NCBI GenBank assembly: GCA_040219255.1 | Contig: JAVJSW010000060.1 | Span: 224,001-288,000, forward strand | Reading direction: 5' to 3' | From: Sumerlaeia bacterium | GTDB lineage: Bacteria > Sumerlaeota > Sumerlaeia > SLMS01 > JAHLLQ01 | DNA: 64,000 nt | Part shown: positions 1 through 10,388 of the stretch, piece by piece | Position numbering within the stretch: position 1 is the first letter of the stretch | How the letters are laid out: each line of letters opens with the position of its first letter | Made by a program: the position numbers and the translations under genes | The notes under the pieces: model-generated | What the model saw: only the letters and a program-made list of their open reading frames with translations | The model's database searches: none | What the model was told of the DNA's origin: nothing

Positions 1-5
1 CGCCT

Positions 6-1082
6 GTGACGCTTACCATCGGGACCGTCAAGGGTCTCTTCCTCGCCACCTCCGACGACTCCCGCAGCCGCTGGAGCATCGAAGGCCCGCTCATGAAGGG
101 CTGGGACATCAAGGACGTCGCGATTGACCGGCGGGGCCCCGAGCCTCGCCTGCTTGCCGCCGTCAACAGCTACGTCTATGGCGCCACGGTGCTGGCGAGT
201 TCGGACCTCGGCCGGACCTGGGAATCGGCCGGCGAACCGCCCCGCTTCGCCCCCGATGCCCAGCGCAAGGTCAACGCGATCTGGAAAGTCACCCCCGCCC
301 ACGCCGTCCATCCCGGCGTCCTCTACGCCGGAGTGGACGAAGGCGGCCTCTTTCGTTCCGGCGACAACGGCGCTTCCTGGCAGGAAGTCACCTCCCTCAA
401 CGACCACCCCACCCGCTCTGGCTGGTGCCCCGGCGCGGGCGGCCTTTGCCTCCACACCATCATCCAGAGCCCCAGCGATCCCGCCCGCCTCTGGATCGGA
501 ATCTCCGCCGTCGGCGTTTTCCGCACCGACGACGCGGGCGAGACCTGGAAGATCTGCAACGAGGGCATCCGCAAGATGATCGACTCGCAAGACCACGCCG
601 GCATCGGCTTCTGTCCCCACGGCCTTTGCCTTCATCCGGAAAACTCCGACATCCTCTACCGCCAGGATCACGCGGGGCTTTACCGCAGCCTCGACGCCGC
701 CGACTCCTGGGAGCACATCGCGGGCGACATTCCCACCGAGTTCGGTTTCCCCATCGTGGCCGACCGAGCCACCGGCGCGGTCTTCATCGTCCCCTTGGAG
801 AAAGACGAGTACCGCTTCACCCTCGACGGCAAACTGCGCGTCTATCGATCCGCCAAAGGCGACGCCCAATGGGAACCTCTCACCAACGGTCTGCCGCAGG
901 AGAACGCTTGGGAAACGATCCTGCGCAACGCCATGGACGGCGACGGTCTCGACCGGGGCGGGATTTACTTCGGCACCACATCGGGCCGCGTCTACGCCAG
1001 CGCCGACGCCGGTGAATCCTGGTCCTGCCTGCCCGCCATCTTCCCCCGCGTGCAGAGCGTCACCGCGTTCGCGCACCTCTGA
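6..1082 (+). CDS. BNR/Asp-box beta-propeller protein (sialidase/Ycf48-like fold)
   Basis: Repeated Asp-boxes (SSDLGRTW, SGDNGASW, TDDAGETW, SLDAADSW, SADAGESW); directly upstream of a MoaD/ThiS gene. GTG start at the window edge. Confidence 0.85.
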   Translation: MTLTIGTVKGLFLATSDDSRSRWSIEGPLMKGWDIKDVAIDRRGPEPRLLAAVNSYVYGATVLASSDLGRTWESAGEPPRFAPDAQRKVNAIWKVTPAHAVHPGVLYAGVDEGGLFRSGDNGASWQEVTSLNDHPTRSGWCPGAGGLCLHTIIQSPSDPARLWIGISAVGVFRTDDAGETWKICNEGIRKMIDSQDHAGIGFCPHGLCLHPENSDILYRQDHAGLYRSLDAADSWEHIAGDIPTEFGFPIVADRATGAVFIVPLEKDEYRFTLDGKLRVYRSAKGDAQWEPLTNGLPQENAWETILRNAMDGDGLDRGGIYFGTTSGRVYASADAGESWSCLPAIFPRVQSVTAFAHL

Positions 1083-1088
1083 ACCGCC

Positions 1089-1367
1089 ATGACTTGCGTG
1101 ACCGTTCGTTTGCCCTCGATGCTGGTTCCAATGGCCGCGCCGGTTTCCGAGCTGGAAATCGAGGGCCGCACCCTCCACCAACTCTTCGACGCCCTTTACG
1201 TCCGGTGCCCACGGCTGCGCCATCATCTGATGGACGAATCCGGGGCGCTCCGCCCCCATGTTCTTTGCTTGCTGGACGAGACGAACGTAACCTGGATCGA
1301 AGACTGGGACCGGACTTTGGAGAACCCTCGAGAACTCGTCATCCTCCAGGCCGTCAGCGGCGGTTGA
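1089..1367 (+). CDS. MoaD/ThiS family ubiquitin-like protein
   Basis: 92 aa, beta-grasp-like pattern, C-terminal AVSGG; 6 nt after the propeller gene. Confidence 0.85.
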   Translation: MTCVTVRLPSMLVPMAAPVSELEIEGRTLHQLFDALYVRCPRLRHHLMDESGALRPHVLCLLDETNVTWIEDWDRTLENPRELVILQAVSGG

Positions 1368-1493
1368 TTCCGCCCGCCGGTGCGCTTTTCCCGAGGCTCT
1401 CCGCTTGCGGTTGGAGCGCCCGAAACCTAACCTGCCAGCGTTTGTCGTTTTGAGACGGCAGCCCTCAGAATCCACCGGACTTCCATCGTTTCC

Positions 1494-3659
1494 ATGCGCC
1501 GTCTTGCCCTTCCCCTTTGCTTCACAACGACCCTGGCCGCCACCGCCTTCGGGCAATCCTTCCTCAACGGGATCGAACTCGAGGCCCAGCCCGCCGTCGT
1601 CTGGACCTCCGCGTTGGCCCAGACTCCCCTCGCAGAGGACGTCGTCCTCGCGGTGATTTCCCAGTCCGGCCGCTCCGCCAAAGCCCGCGCCGCCCTCGAA
1701 CGCCAGGGATTCCGGGTGCTGGCGGCTCTGCCCCGCGACGGATATCTGGTGGCGGTCGACCGGCCGGATGCCGCCAGCGCGGCGCTGGTGGCAGCGGCCG
1801 ACCCGGCCTTTCGCGCGATGACAGTCGCGCCGGAATGGAAGATCGCCCCGGACTTCGCCTCCGTCCTCGCTTCGGCGCCCCCCGGCGAGGACATCGGTGT
1901 GGCTGTGTTCACCTCCCGCCCCGGTCTGGAAGCCGAACTCGCGGCCGTGGCCGCGGGGCACGGCGCGTCGCTGACCTCGCGCTCCGAGTCGGGCAAAGGC
2001 CGCGCCGGAATCCGCGTCCCGGCCCAGAACCTGCCCGCGCTCCTCACCGCTCTCGCGGACCTGCCGGCCGTCTATAACATCCAGCCAGCCGGCGGAGCCC
2101 GCCTGCTCAACGACAGCGCTTCGGAAATCCTCCAGAGCGGAAGCCCCACCGGCGGCCGCTCCATCGCCGCCCAGGGTCTTCAAGGCACGGATCAAGTCAT
2201 CGCGATCCTCGATTCCGGACTCGACTGGGATAGCTGCTTCTTCCGCGAGAGCGACGACTCCGCCCCGCCCACCGTCTCCGGCACCGGCATCGGTTCGCCC
2301 GATTCATCGCGCCGCAAAGTCATCGTCTACGATTTCCTCTTCAGCGGCGATTTCGCCGGCGGCAACGGCGACTTCGACAACAACGGCCATGGCACCTACG
2401 TCGCCGGCAACGCCGCCGGGTCCCAGATCACCAGCCCCACCGGCGACGCCTCCCTCAATGGCATCGCGCCCCTCGCCCAACTCGTCATCCAGGATGGCGG
2501 CTATACCACGGATAACAACTGCTCGGACATGGCGGGGCTCGGCTGTCCCCTGATCGACATCACGCCCATCCTGGATCAGGCCGTGGCCCAGGGCGCCCAC
2601 CTGCACAACGACTCCTGGGGCGATCGGGAAAACTTCCTGCCCAACAACACCTACACCGCCACCTGCGTCGATATGGACGATGCCACATGGCGCAATCCGG
2701 GGTTTCTGATTTTCTGCGCGGCGGGCAACAGCGGCCCCGCCGACAACACCGTCGGCAGCCCCAGCACCGCCAAGAACGTCCTCTCCATCGCCGCCGGCCA
2801 GAACCAAAACTCTGTCTTCAATAACGACCCGGAAAGCATCACCAGTTTCTCCAGCCGGGGATACGCCGCCGACGGGCGCTTCAAACCCGACCTGGTAGCG
2901 CCGGGCCAGACCGTGTCCGCCTTCAGCGATGGCAATGTCACGTCGAATAACTGCAATATCCTCAACCCGCAAGGCACCAGCATGGCCAGCCCGCTGGCCG
3001 CGGGGGCGGGGGCTCTCGTCCGCGAGTACTTCACCGATGGTTTCTATCCCACCGGGGCCGCCCTCCCCGGCGATGCCTTCGTGCCATCGGCGGCGCTGAT
3101 GAAGGCCGTTCTGATCAATGGCGCCGTGGATATGACCGGCGTCACCGGCCCCGTGCCCAACCGGGCCGAAGGCTGGGGCCGCATTCATCTGGACAACAGC
3201 CTCCACTTCACCGGAGACGACCGCACCATGCTCGTGGTGGATGAGGCGGACATCTTCGATTCGTCCTCCAACGCGCCGCGCCAATACACCTTCTCCGCGG
3301 GCGGCAACGCCGCCGCCGGGCAACTCAAGGTGACGCTGGTCTATACCGACGCGCCCGCCGATCCGCTGGCGTCCGTGTCGCTCGTCAACGATTTGAACCT
3401 CACCGTTACCGATGGCACCGACACCTGGCTCGGCAACAACTTCGATTCGGTGTCCGGCGAGAGCGTCACCGGAGGCGCCGCCGACGCCCTCAACAACGTC
3501 GAGCAGGTCACCCTGCCCGCCAGCACCACCGGCACCTTCACCGTCAGCGTCACCCCCGCCGTCATCGATGTCGTCGATCAGGGCTTCGCCCTGGTCATTG
3601 CCGGCGACGTGTCGAACTTGCAGGTGACCTCTGTGGGGGATTGGCGCCGGGCGGAGTAA
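1494..3659 (+). CDS. Secreted S8 subtilase (KP-43-like) with Trp-containing C-terminal tail
   Basis: Signal peptide; triad motifs ILDSG, NGHGT, GTSMASP; AAGNSG; KPDLVAPG; ends SVGDWRRAE. Confidence 0.92.
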   Translation: MRRLALPLCFTTTLAATAFGQSFLNGIELEAQPAVVWTSALAQTPLAEDVVLAVISQSGRSAKARAALERQGFRVLAALPRDGYLVAVDRPDAASAALVAAADPAFRAMTVAPEWKIAPDFASVLASAPPGEDIGVAVFTSRPGLEAELAAVAAGHGASLTSRSESGKGRAGIRVPAQNLPALLTALADLPAVYNIQPAGGARLLNDSASEILQSGSPTGGRSIAAQGLQGTDQVIAILDSGLDWDSCFFRESDDSAPPTVSGTGIGSPDSSRRKVIVYDFLFSGDFAGGNGDFDNNGHGTYVAGNAAGSQITSPTGDASLNGIAPLAQLVIQDGGYTTDNNCSDMAGLGCPLIDITPILDQAVAQGAHLHNDSWGDRENFLPNNTYTATCVDMDDATWRNPGFLIFCAAGNSGPADNTVGSPSTAKNVLSIAAGQNQNSVFNNDPESITSFSSRGYAADGRFKPDLVAPGQTVSAFSDGNVTSNNCNILNPQGTSMASPLAAGAGALVREYFTDGFYPTGAALPGDAFVPSAALMKAVLINGAVDMTGVTGPVPNRAEGWGRIHLDNSLHFTGDDRTMLVVDEADIFDSSSNAPRQYTFSAGGNAAAGQLKVTLVYTDAPADPLASVSLVNDLNLTVTDGTDTWLGNNFDSVSGESVTGGAADALNNVEQVTLPASTTGTFTVSVTPAVIDVVDQGFALVIAGDVSNLQVTSVGDWRRAE

Positions 3660-3674
3660 GCTCGCCGGAACTTC

Positions 3675-5903
3675 TTACGGCTCAGTCATCCACGCGTCGC
3701 GCATGTCGGCCACGGTGGTCTTGAGACAGCCCTGGATTTCGAAGGTCTCTTTCGCCGTCACGCCGATCTGAAGCGCCCGTACGCCCTTCTGCTCGCAAGC
3801 CGCGAGGAGTGACGGAACGCTCTGTTCGCTGCACGTGATCACAACGCGGCTCGGCTCTTCGCTGAGCAGCGACACATGGGCGCTGGGTTCGTCGAAGGGC
3901 AATTGCACCCGGCAACCTATTTCGTGCCCGCGCCCGCGCAGGGCGGCGTCCTTGGTGCAGAGCGCCATTTCCGCCAGCGCCATCAGGAGTCCGCCTTCGC
4001 TGATGTCGAGCGCCGCGTCGGCGAGGCCTTCGCCGATCAGATCGAGCAGCAAGGCCTGCAATTTCAGTTCGAAATCCATGTCGATTTTCAGTCCCGGACC
4101 GGGCAGTTCACCGGTGCGATCCCGCAGAATGCGGCTACCCCCACAATGCGTCGCCGCCGGGCCGAGCAGCAGGATCACATCGCCGGGGCGCGTGAAATGG
4201 CTGAATTTGAGGTGCTTGCCGCCACCCTCCACCACGCCCACCATACCGATCACCGGGGTGGGGAAGACGGCGGTGCGGGGCGATTCGTTGTAGAGCGACA
4301 CGTTGCCGCCGGTCACTGGAGTCCCAAAGGCCCGGCAGGCTTCGCCGAGACCCTTCACCGACTCGGCCAGCTGCCACGCGCCGGCGCCCTTGCGGGGGCT
4401 GCCGAAGTTCAAGTTGTTCGTCACCGCCAGGGGCCGCGCGCCGCAGCACACCAGGTTCCGCGCCGCCTCGGCCACCACGCACTTGGTGCCTTCGTAGGGA
4501 TCGAGGTGGCACCACAGGCCATTGCCATCCACCGTCGCCGCCAGGAGGCCTTCGTCCCAGCCCCGCACCCGCATCACCGCCGCCGTCAGGCCCGGGCCCA
4601 CGATGGTGCTGGTGCCGACGTGGTGGTCGTACTGCTCCCAGATCCAGGACTTGCGCGCGAAGTTCGGGTGGGCCAGGGTGGTCTTCAAAACCTCGTTGTA
4701 GTCGCCGCAGGAGGCCTCCGCCAGCGCCACGCCGTCCTTCGTGGCGGGATAGGCGGGCCTTGGCTCGACCGGTTCTGGCGGCGGAACGTCGGAGCAAATC
4801 GACGCCAGCGGCACATCGCAAACCACGTTGGTTTCGCGCTCCACGACAAAGCGCCCGGTGTCGGTCGTCTGGCCACAGACGATGGCTTCCAGGTCCCACT
4901 TCTTAAGGATGTCCGTGACCTGGGGCAGGTCCTCTTCCTTCACCACCGCCAGCATGCGCTCCTGGCTTTCGGAGAGCAGCATCTCGTAGGCGCTCAGGTT
5001 GGCGGCGCGCTGGGGGATGAAATCCAGGTCCATGCGCAGGCCAAGGCCCGCCTTGTCGGCCATTTCCGTGCTGCTGCACGTCAGCCCCGCGGCGCCCATA
5101 TCCTGCAGCGCCACGATGGCTCCTGAGGCGATCAGTTCGAGAGTCGCCTCCAGAATTTTTTTCTCCATGTAGGGGTCGCCGACCTGCACGCTGCTGCGCT
5201 GCTCGGCGGTTTCCTCGGTCAGTTCCGTGCTGGCGAAGGTGGCGCCGTGGACGCCGTCGCGGCCGGTGGCGTTGCCGTAATAGACCAGCATGTCGCCCGC
5301 GCCCTTGGCTTTGGCGGTCATGATTTCTTCATGCCGCGCCACGCCCACGCACATCACGTTCACCAGGCAATTGTCCGTGTAAGCGGGATCGACGCTGAAT
5401 TCGCCGCCAACGGTCGGCACGCCGACGCAGTTGCCGTAATCGGCGATGCCGTTGACGACGCCTTTGGCCAGGTGCCGGTTGCGGCCTTCGGTCATGGGGC
5501 CGAAGCGCAATGCGTCAAACAGCGCGATGGGACGGGCGCCCATGGCGAAGATGTCGCGCAGGATGCCGCCCACGCCGGTCGCGGCGCCCTGATAGGGTTC
5601 CACGGCGCTCGGGTGGTTGTGGCTTTCGATCTTGAAGATACAGGCCCATCCGCCGCCAATGTCGATGGCACCCGCGTTCTCGCCGGGCCCGTGGAGCACC
5701 CGTTCGCCCCTCGTCGGCAGCGTCATCAGCAGCGGCCGCGAATGCTTGTAGGAGCAGTGCTCGCTCCACATCACGCTGAAGACGCCCAATTCCGTCAGGT
5801 TCGGTTCGCGGCCGAGACGCTGTTTGAGCGTCTCGTACTCGGACGGGGTGAAACCGTGCTGGGCGATCAGCTCGGGAGTCATGGGGGGAGACGGCTCGGA
5901 CAT
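3675..5903 (-). CDS. purL: Phosphoribosylformylglycinamidine synthase subunit PurL
   Basis: [46 protein letters not shown]; start chosen at ATG 5903 (5882 also possible). Confidence 0.97.
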   Translation of the reverse strand: MSEPSPPMTPELIAQHGFTPSEYETLKQRLGREPNLTELGVFSVMWSEHCSYKHSRPLLMTLPTRGERVLHGPGENAGAIDIGGGWACIFKIESHNHPSAVEPYQGAATGVGGILRDIFAMGARPIALFDALRFGPMTEGRNRHLAKGVVNGIADYGNCVGVPTVGGEFSVDPAYTDNCLVNVMCVGVARHEEIMTAKAKGAGDMLVYYGNATGRDGVHGATFASTELTEETAEQRSSVQVGDPYMEKKILEATLELIASGAIVALQDMGAAGLTCSSTEMADKAGLGLRMDLDFIPQRAANLSAYEMLLSESQERMLAVVKEEDLPQVTDILKKWDLEAIVCGQTTDTGRFVVERETNVVCDVPLASICSDVPPPEPVEPRPAYPATKDGVALAEASCGDYNEVLKTTLAHPNFARKSWIWEQYDHHVGTSTIVGPGLTAAVMRVRGWDEGLLAATVDGNGLWCHLDPYEGTKCVVAEAARNLVCCGARPLAVTNNLNFGSPRKGAGAWQLAESVKGLGEACRAFGTPVTGGNVSLYNESPRTAVFPTPVIGMVGVVEGGGKHLKFSHFTRPGDVILLLGPAATHCGGSRILRDRTGELPGPGLKIDMDFELKLQALLLDLIGEGLADAALDISEGGLLMALAEMALCTKDAALRGRGHEIGCRVQLPFDEPSAHVSLLSEEPSRVVITCSEQSVPSLLAACEQKGVRALQIGVTAKETFEIQGCLKTTVADMRDAWMTEP

Positions 5904-6054
5904 GCGAGGAGGCCTTTCCGGGGGCAAACTTTCGCGCGCACCTCAGCATGGACGATGCGGCGGGACAAGCGCGGAAGGCAGGGGCGCCGGAGGGACTTTT
6001 CGTTCACCACGGAGAGGGGGGCGCCGGGAAGGGTGGCTGGCGGATCTCGCCGGG

Positions 6055-6234
6055 TCAGACCCAGTCTTTGCGCCGCTCCGGCTTCTTCTTTAGAAGTGCC
6101 GTCGCCGCGCAATCGCCACAGCCACAGTTGCTCTTGCCCGTGGCCTTGAGCGTCTTCCATGCGCGCCACACCAGGAAGGCGGCGGCGGCGGAAACGATCA
6201 GGATGACGAGAATCGTTTGGATCATGGTGGCCAT
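6055..6234 (-). CDS. FeoB-associated Cys-rich small membrane protein
   Basis: One N-terminal TM helix then CGCGDC; lies downstream of feoB. Confidence 0.75.
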   Translation of the reverse strand: MATMIQTILVILIVSAAAAFLVWRAWKTLKATGKSNCGCGDCAATALLKKKPERRKDWV

Positions 6235-6374
6235 TTCTGTGTAGCAGGGGCGTCCCGCTCGTGTCCGGCGGCGATTCTGGAGGAGAAGCAACTCTTGTAC
6301 TCGGCCGCCCAGGGCCGCCCGATTTCCTCGAGTGTCAGGCGAAGGCGAGGGCTGGCCGGGACGGCCGCGTTACC

Positions 6375-8612
6375 CTACATGAACAGCATGCCCACCTGAT
6401 ACGTCACCAGGGCGGCAAAGTAGGCCAGCACCGTCATATACGTAAACGTGAAGATGGGCCAGCGCCAGGAATTGGTCTCGCGGCGGATGATGGCCAGGGT
6501 CGCCGCGCATTGGGCACAGAGGGCGAAGAAGACCATCAGCGACAACGCCACCGGCAGATTGAAGATCAAGTTGCCCTGAGGATCTTTGGCGGTCCGCAGC
6601 TTCTCGCGCAGATCCGGGTTGTCCTCGGCCGCGTCGCCGCCGACGTCGTAGATGATGCCGAGGGTTGCGACGACGACTTCGCGGGCGGGGAAGCTGGCGA
6701 CGACCGCCATGGCGATGCGCCAGTCCCAGCCGATGGGCTTCACGATGGGTTCGATGGCGTGGCCCATGCGGCCCAGGAACGACTGACGAAGGAGCGCGCC
6801 CTCCACCGCGCTGTCGCGGCGGGCAAGGGTTTCCTCCAGGGTCGCTTGCGCCTCCGCATCGCCGGATTGCGCGGCGGCTTCGGCCTGGGCGATTTCGGTG
6901 GCATAGGCTGCTTCCGTCTCCGTCGCGACGCTCTCGGGCCGAGGGTAATAGGTCAGCGCCCAGACCACCACCGACACCGCGAAGATGACCGTGCCGGCGC
7001 GCCAGAGGAACGCCTGGCCGCGCTCTAAGACGCGGTGGATCACGGTGCGCCATTGAGGCATTTTGTAGGACGGAAGCTCCAGAATGAAGGAGGGCGTCTT
7101 GCCCTTAAGGAGCGTGCGCTTGAGCAGCATCGCCACCGGCACGGCAAAGGCGAATCCGACCAGATACATGCAGAAGAGGACCGTGCCTTGCAGCCCCAGC
7201 ACGCCGGGAACCAGCGTGCGCTCCGGGATGAACGCGCCGATCAGGAGCACGTACACTGGCAGGCGGGCGGAGCAGCTCATCAGCGGCGCCACCAGGATAG
7301 TCGTCAGCCGGTCGCGCCGGTCCTCGATCGTGCGGGTCGCCATGATACCGGGGATGGCGCAGGCGAAGGACGAGAGCATCGGGATGAAGCTGCGTCCCGA
7401 GAGGCCGCAACGGCTCAGGAGACGATCCATCAGGAACGCCGCCCGCGACATGTAACCGCAGTCCTCGAGCAGCGCGATGAACGCGAAGAGGATCAAAATC
7501 TGAGGCAGGAAAATCACCACGCCGCCGACGCCGGCGATTACGCCGTCCACGATCAGACTGCGCAGCGGGCCCTCTCCCATGGCGGCCGTCACCACGTCGC
7601 CGAGCGCTCCGAAGACCGCGTCGATGGCGTCCATCAAGGGCGCCGACCAGGAGTAAATCGCCTGGAACACGATCAGCATCAGGACCGCGAACACCAGCGT
7701 GCCCCAGACCCGGTGGATCAGGATGCGGTCGATTTTATCGGAAAGCGAATCTTTGGACTCCTCTGGCCGGGAAACCACATCGGTCAGCAGGCCGCGGATG
7801 TGGCCGTAGCGCATGCGGGCTTCCACGGTGCGGATGCGGATGCCCTGGTCCGAGAGGCGTTGCCGTGCTTCCTTCAGATGGGTACGGACGGGCTCGCCCG
7901 CGGCGTCGGCGAGGCGTTCCTCGGCGGCACCGTCCTGGTCCAGCAGGGCGCGCTGCAAGAGCACCGGCTCGGCCGCGAGGGCGTTCTGGTCCGCATCGCG
8001 GAGAACCGCCGCCAGAGCATCGATTTCGCGCTCGAATTCCGGAGGAAAGAGATGGTCCGTGGCGGGTGGAGCGGGCGGCGACTGGCCCCGCAGCAGCGTC
8101 GCCACCGCGTCCACGCCTTTGCCCTTCGACGCCGATGTCGGCAGCACCGGTACACCGAGACGCTCGGCGAGCTTCTCCCCGTCCACGGTGATGCCGGCCT
8201 CCGCCGCCGCGTCCACCATGTTCAGCACAATCACCGTCGGCAGGCCGATTTCCATAACCTGGGTGGCGAGGAAGAGGTTCCGTTCGAGATTCGCGGCATC
8301 CACCACCACGGCCAGCAGGTCCGGTTTGGCTTCGACGCTGTGGATGCCGGTGAGGACCTCGACGGCGATGAGTTCGTCCGGCGAGTGGGCGGAAAGGCTG
8401 TAGGTGCCGGGGAGGTCGAGGATTTGGACGGCGCCGTTCGAGCCTTTGAGCGCGCCGGTGCGCGTTTCCACGGTGACGCCGGGGTAGTTGCCGACGCGGG
8501 CGCGAAAGCCGGTGAGGGCGTTGAAGAGTGTCGTCTTGCCGGTGTTCGGGTTGCCGATCAGGGCGACGCGGAAGGTTTTCTTTTCGGAAGGCGTGGGCGT
8601 GAGGGCAGTCAT
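6375..8612 (-). CDS. feoB: Ferrous iron transporter FeoB
   Basis: GNPNTGKT, NYPGVTVE, DLPGTYS, NMVD GTPase motifs; membrane domain with PLMSCSARLP, FILELPSY. Confidence 0.97.
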   Translation of the reverse strand: MTALTPTPSEKKTFRVALIGNPNTGKTTLFNALTGFRARVGNYPGVTVETRTGALKGSNGAVQILDLPGTYSLSAHSPDELIAVEVLTGIHSVEAKPDLLAVVVDAANLERNLFLATQVMEIGLPTVIVLNMVDAAAEAGITVDGEKLAERLGVPVLPTSASKGKGVDAVATLLRGQSPPAPPATDHLFPPEFEREIDALAAVLRDADQNALAAEPVLLQRALLDQDGAAEERLADAAGEPVRTHLKEARQRLSDQGIRIRTVEARMRYGHIRGLLTDVVSRPEESKDSLSDKIDRILIHRVWGTLVFAVLMLIVFQAIYSWSAPLMDAIDAVFGALGDVVTAAMGEGPLRSLIVDGVIAGVGGVVIFLPQILILFAFIALLEDCGYMSRAAFLMDRLLSRCGLSGRSFIPMLSSFACAIPGIMATRTIEDRRDRLTTILVAPLMSCSARLPVYVLLIGAFIPERTLVPGVLGLQGTVLFCMYLVGFAFAVPVAMLLKRTLLKGKTPSFILELPSYKMPQWRTVIHRVLERGQAFLWRAGTVIFAVSVVVWALTYYPRPESVATETEAAYATEIAQAEAAAQSGDAEAQATLEETLARRDSAVEGALLRQSFLGRMGHAIEPIVKPIGWDWRIAMAVVASFPAREVVVATLGIIYDVGGDAAEDNPDLREKLRTAKDPQGNLIFNLPVALSLMVFFALCAQCAATLAIIRRETNSWRWPIFTFTYMTVLAYFAALVTYQVGMLFM

Positions 8613-8684
8613 AGTGGGGCGGAGAGTCCGGAGCAGCCAGCGTCCGAGCCTCGGAGCCCAAGGCCTGGACTGGCGAAAGGGGGT

Positions 8685-8924
8685 TTAGACTTGGGGGGTG
8701 ATGCGGATCAGGCGGGCGTGGGCGCGGCGGACGGAAAGGAAGTAACCGCGCACCTCGACCTCCATCGGGTCGCCAATGGGCGCCAGACGTACGACGCGTA
8801 TCGGTTCGTCTTCCAGCAGACCCATCTCGGCGAGGCGCTGCACCGTCGGGTCGTCTTCATTGGTAAAGCCAGCGATCGTGCCGCTTTGGCCCGGTTGCAA
8901 ATCGGCCAGGGTTGTCTCGGGCAT
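8685..8924 (-). CDS. feoA: FeoA family protein
   Basis: MPETTLADLQPG...RLAEMGL...APIGDP; TGATG overlap with upstream feoA. Confidence 0.9.
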   Translation of the reverse strand: MPETTLADLQPGQSGTIAGFTNEDDPTVQRLAEMGLLEDEPIRVVRLAPIGDPMEVEVRGYFLSVRRAHARLIRITPQV

Positions 8925-9175
8925 CAGGCGGCGCTTCCCGCCAATCGAGAGACGCGGATTCCGGTGGCGTCTTTGGACCGCAGCATCAGGCGGCATTGGC
9001 CGACCTGCACGGCGCAGGTGCGGCCCGGCATCAGCATGCGGATCATCGCCCCGGGCGCCAAGCCCATGGCCGCCAGACGGCAGCCATCCACGCACTCGGA
9101 GCAGATGTCTTCGACGATGGCGGTTTCGCCGCCAGTGAGCCGGTCTAGAGAAGTGATCTCGTCCAAGTGGAACAT
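8924..9175 (-). CDS. feoA: FeoA family protein (second copy)
   Basis: RLAAMGLAPGA motif, 83 aa, first gene of feo operon. Confidence 0.8.
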   Translation of the reverse strand: MFHLDEITSLDRLTGGETAIVEDICSECVDGCRLAAMGLAPGAMIRMLMPGRTCAVQVGQCRLMLRSKDATGIRVSRLAGSAA

Positions 9176-9253
9176 CCTGCCATCAGCGCGAAGAGAATGG
9201 GGATAAATGGGGTATGATTTCCCCGGATTTCATCCTTGGCTTTGGTGTATGGC

Positions 9254-9276
9254 TGACATGTTTGGCATGTCAAACA
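9254..9276. promoter_or_regulatory. Palindromic operator candidate upstream of feo operon
   Basis: TGTTTG-GCATGT-CAAACA (9259-9276) overlapped by TGACATG-N5-CATGTCA (9254-9272); contains a minus-strand TTGACA. Confidence 0.5.
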
Positions 9277-9328
9277 AAAAGACGGGGGCCCCCAGCGCCG
9301 GACAAATCCGCCAATGCGGATAGGCTTT

Positions 9329-10129
9329 TCAATCGCGCACTGGGACGCCGCGCTCGCGCAGGCGGGCCCGGGCCTGGCCAATGGTGTAGGTACCAAAGTG
9401 GAAGATGCTGGCCGCCAACGCCGCGTCCGCTTTGCCTTCCGTCAGGGCGTCGGCCAAGTGATCCAGGTTTCCGGCGCCGCCGCTGGCGATGACGGGTACC
9501 TCGACGGCTTCGCTGATGGCGCGGGTCAGGGCGATGTCATAGCCCGTCTTCGTGCCGTCGGCGTCCATGCTGGTCAGCAGGATTTCCCCCGCCCCCAGAC
9601 TCACCGCCTTCTTCGCCCACTCGATGGCGTCCAGGCCAGTTGGCGTGCGGCCGCCGTGGATGAAAACTTCCCAGCCCGCCGGATCGGGGATGCGCAGGTC
9701 CACCTCGGCGCCTTCCGGGGCCTTGGTCTTGCGGCGCGCGTCGATGGCGCAGACGATGCATTGGGCGCCAAAGCGTTTGGAGGACTCGCGGAGGAACTCG
9801 GGGTTATCGACCGCCGGGGTGTTCAGCGAGACCTTGTCGGCTCCGGCGTTGAGCATGGCGCGGATGTCTTCGATGGTGCGCAGCCCACCGCCGACGGTGA
9901 CGGGCATGAAGCAGTGGGAGGCCGTCTCGCGCACCACATCGCGCATGATGCCGCGGCGCTCGTGGCTGGCGGTGATGTCCAGGAAAACCAGTTCATCAGC
10001 GCCGGCCTGGTCATAGGCCTTGGCGCATTCGACCGGGTCGCCGGCGTCGATCAGGTCGACGAAGTTGACACCTTTGACGACGCGGCCGCCCTTGACATCG
10101 AGGCAGGGAATGATTCGTTTCGCGAGCAT
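9329..10129 (-). CDS. hisF: Imidazole glycerol phosphate synthase cyclase subunit
   Basis: [47 protein letters not shown]. Confidence 0.97.
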   Translation of the reverse strand: MLAKRIIPCLDVKGGRVVKGVNFVDLIDAGDPVECAKAYDQAGADELVFLDITASHERRGIMRDVVRETASHCFMPVTVGGGLRTIEDIRAMLNAGADKVSLNTPAVDNPEFLRESSKRFGAQCIVCAIDARRKTKAPEGAEVDLRIPDPAGWEVFIHGGRTPTGLDAIEWAKKAVSLGAGEILLTSMDADGTKTGYDIALTRAISEAVEVPVIASGGAGNLDHLADALTEGKADAALAASIFHFGTYTIGQARARLRERGVPVRD

Positions 10130-10388
10130 GGAGCAATGCATCCGGTCGGTGTGGCACGCCGGGGCGCGCGAGGTCTAGTTGCCCCGTGGCGCGGCGCCGG
10201 GCAAGGGGTCTTTCCAGATGCGGCTCACTTTGCTCGTCTTAACTTCGCCGGAAATAGCAATTTCCATTGACGTTCTTCCGACCGGCGTAGCGCCGTAGGG
10301 ATATGCTGCGATATTCCCAAGTTCTCGCTCCCGATACAGCATTTCCCACTCCGAGAGAAAACCCGGCCCCCTGGAAGGATCCCCGCTG

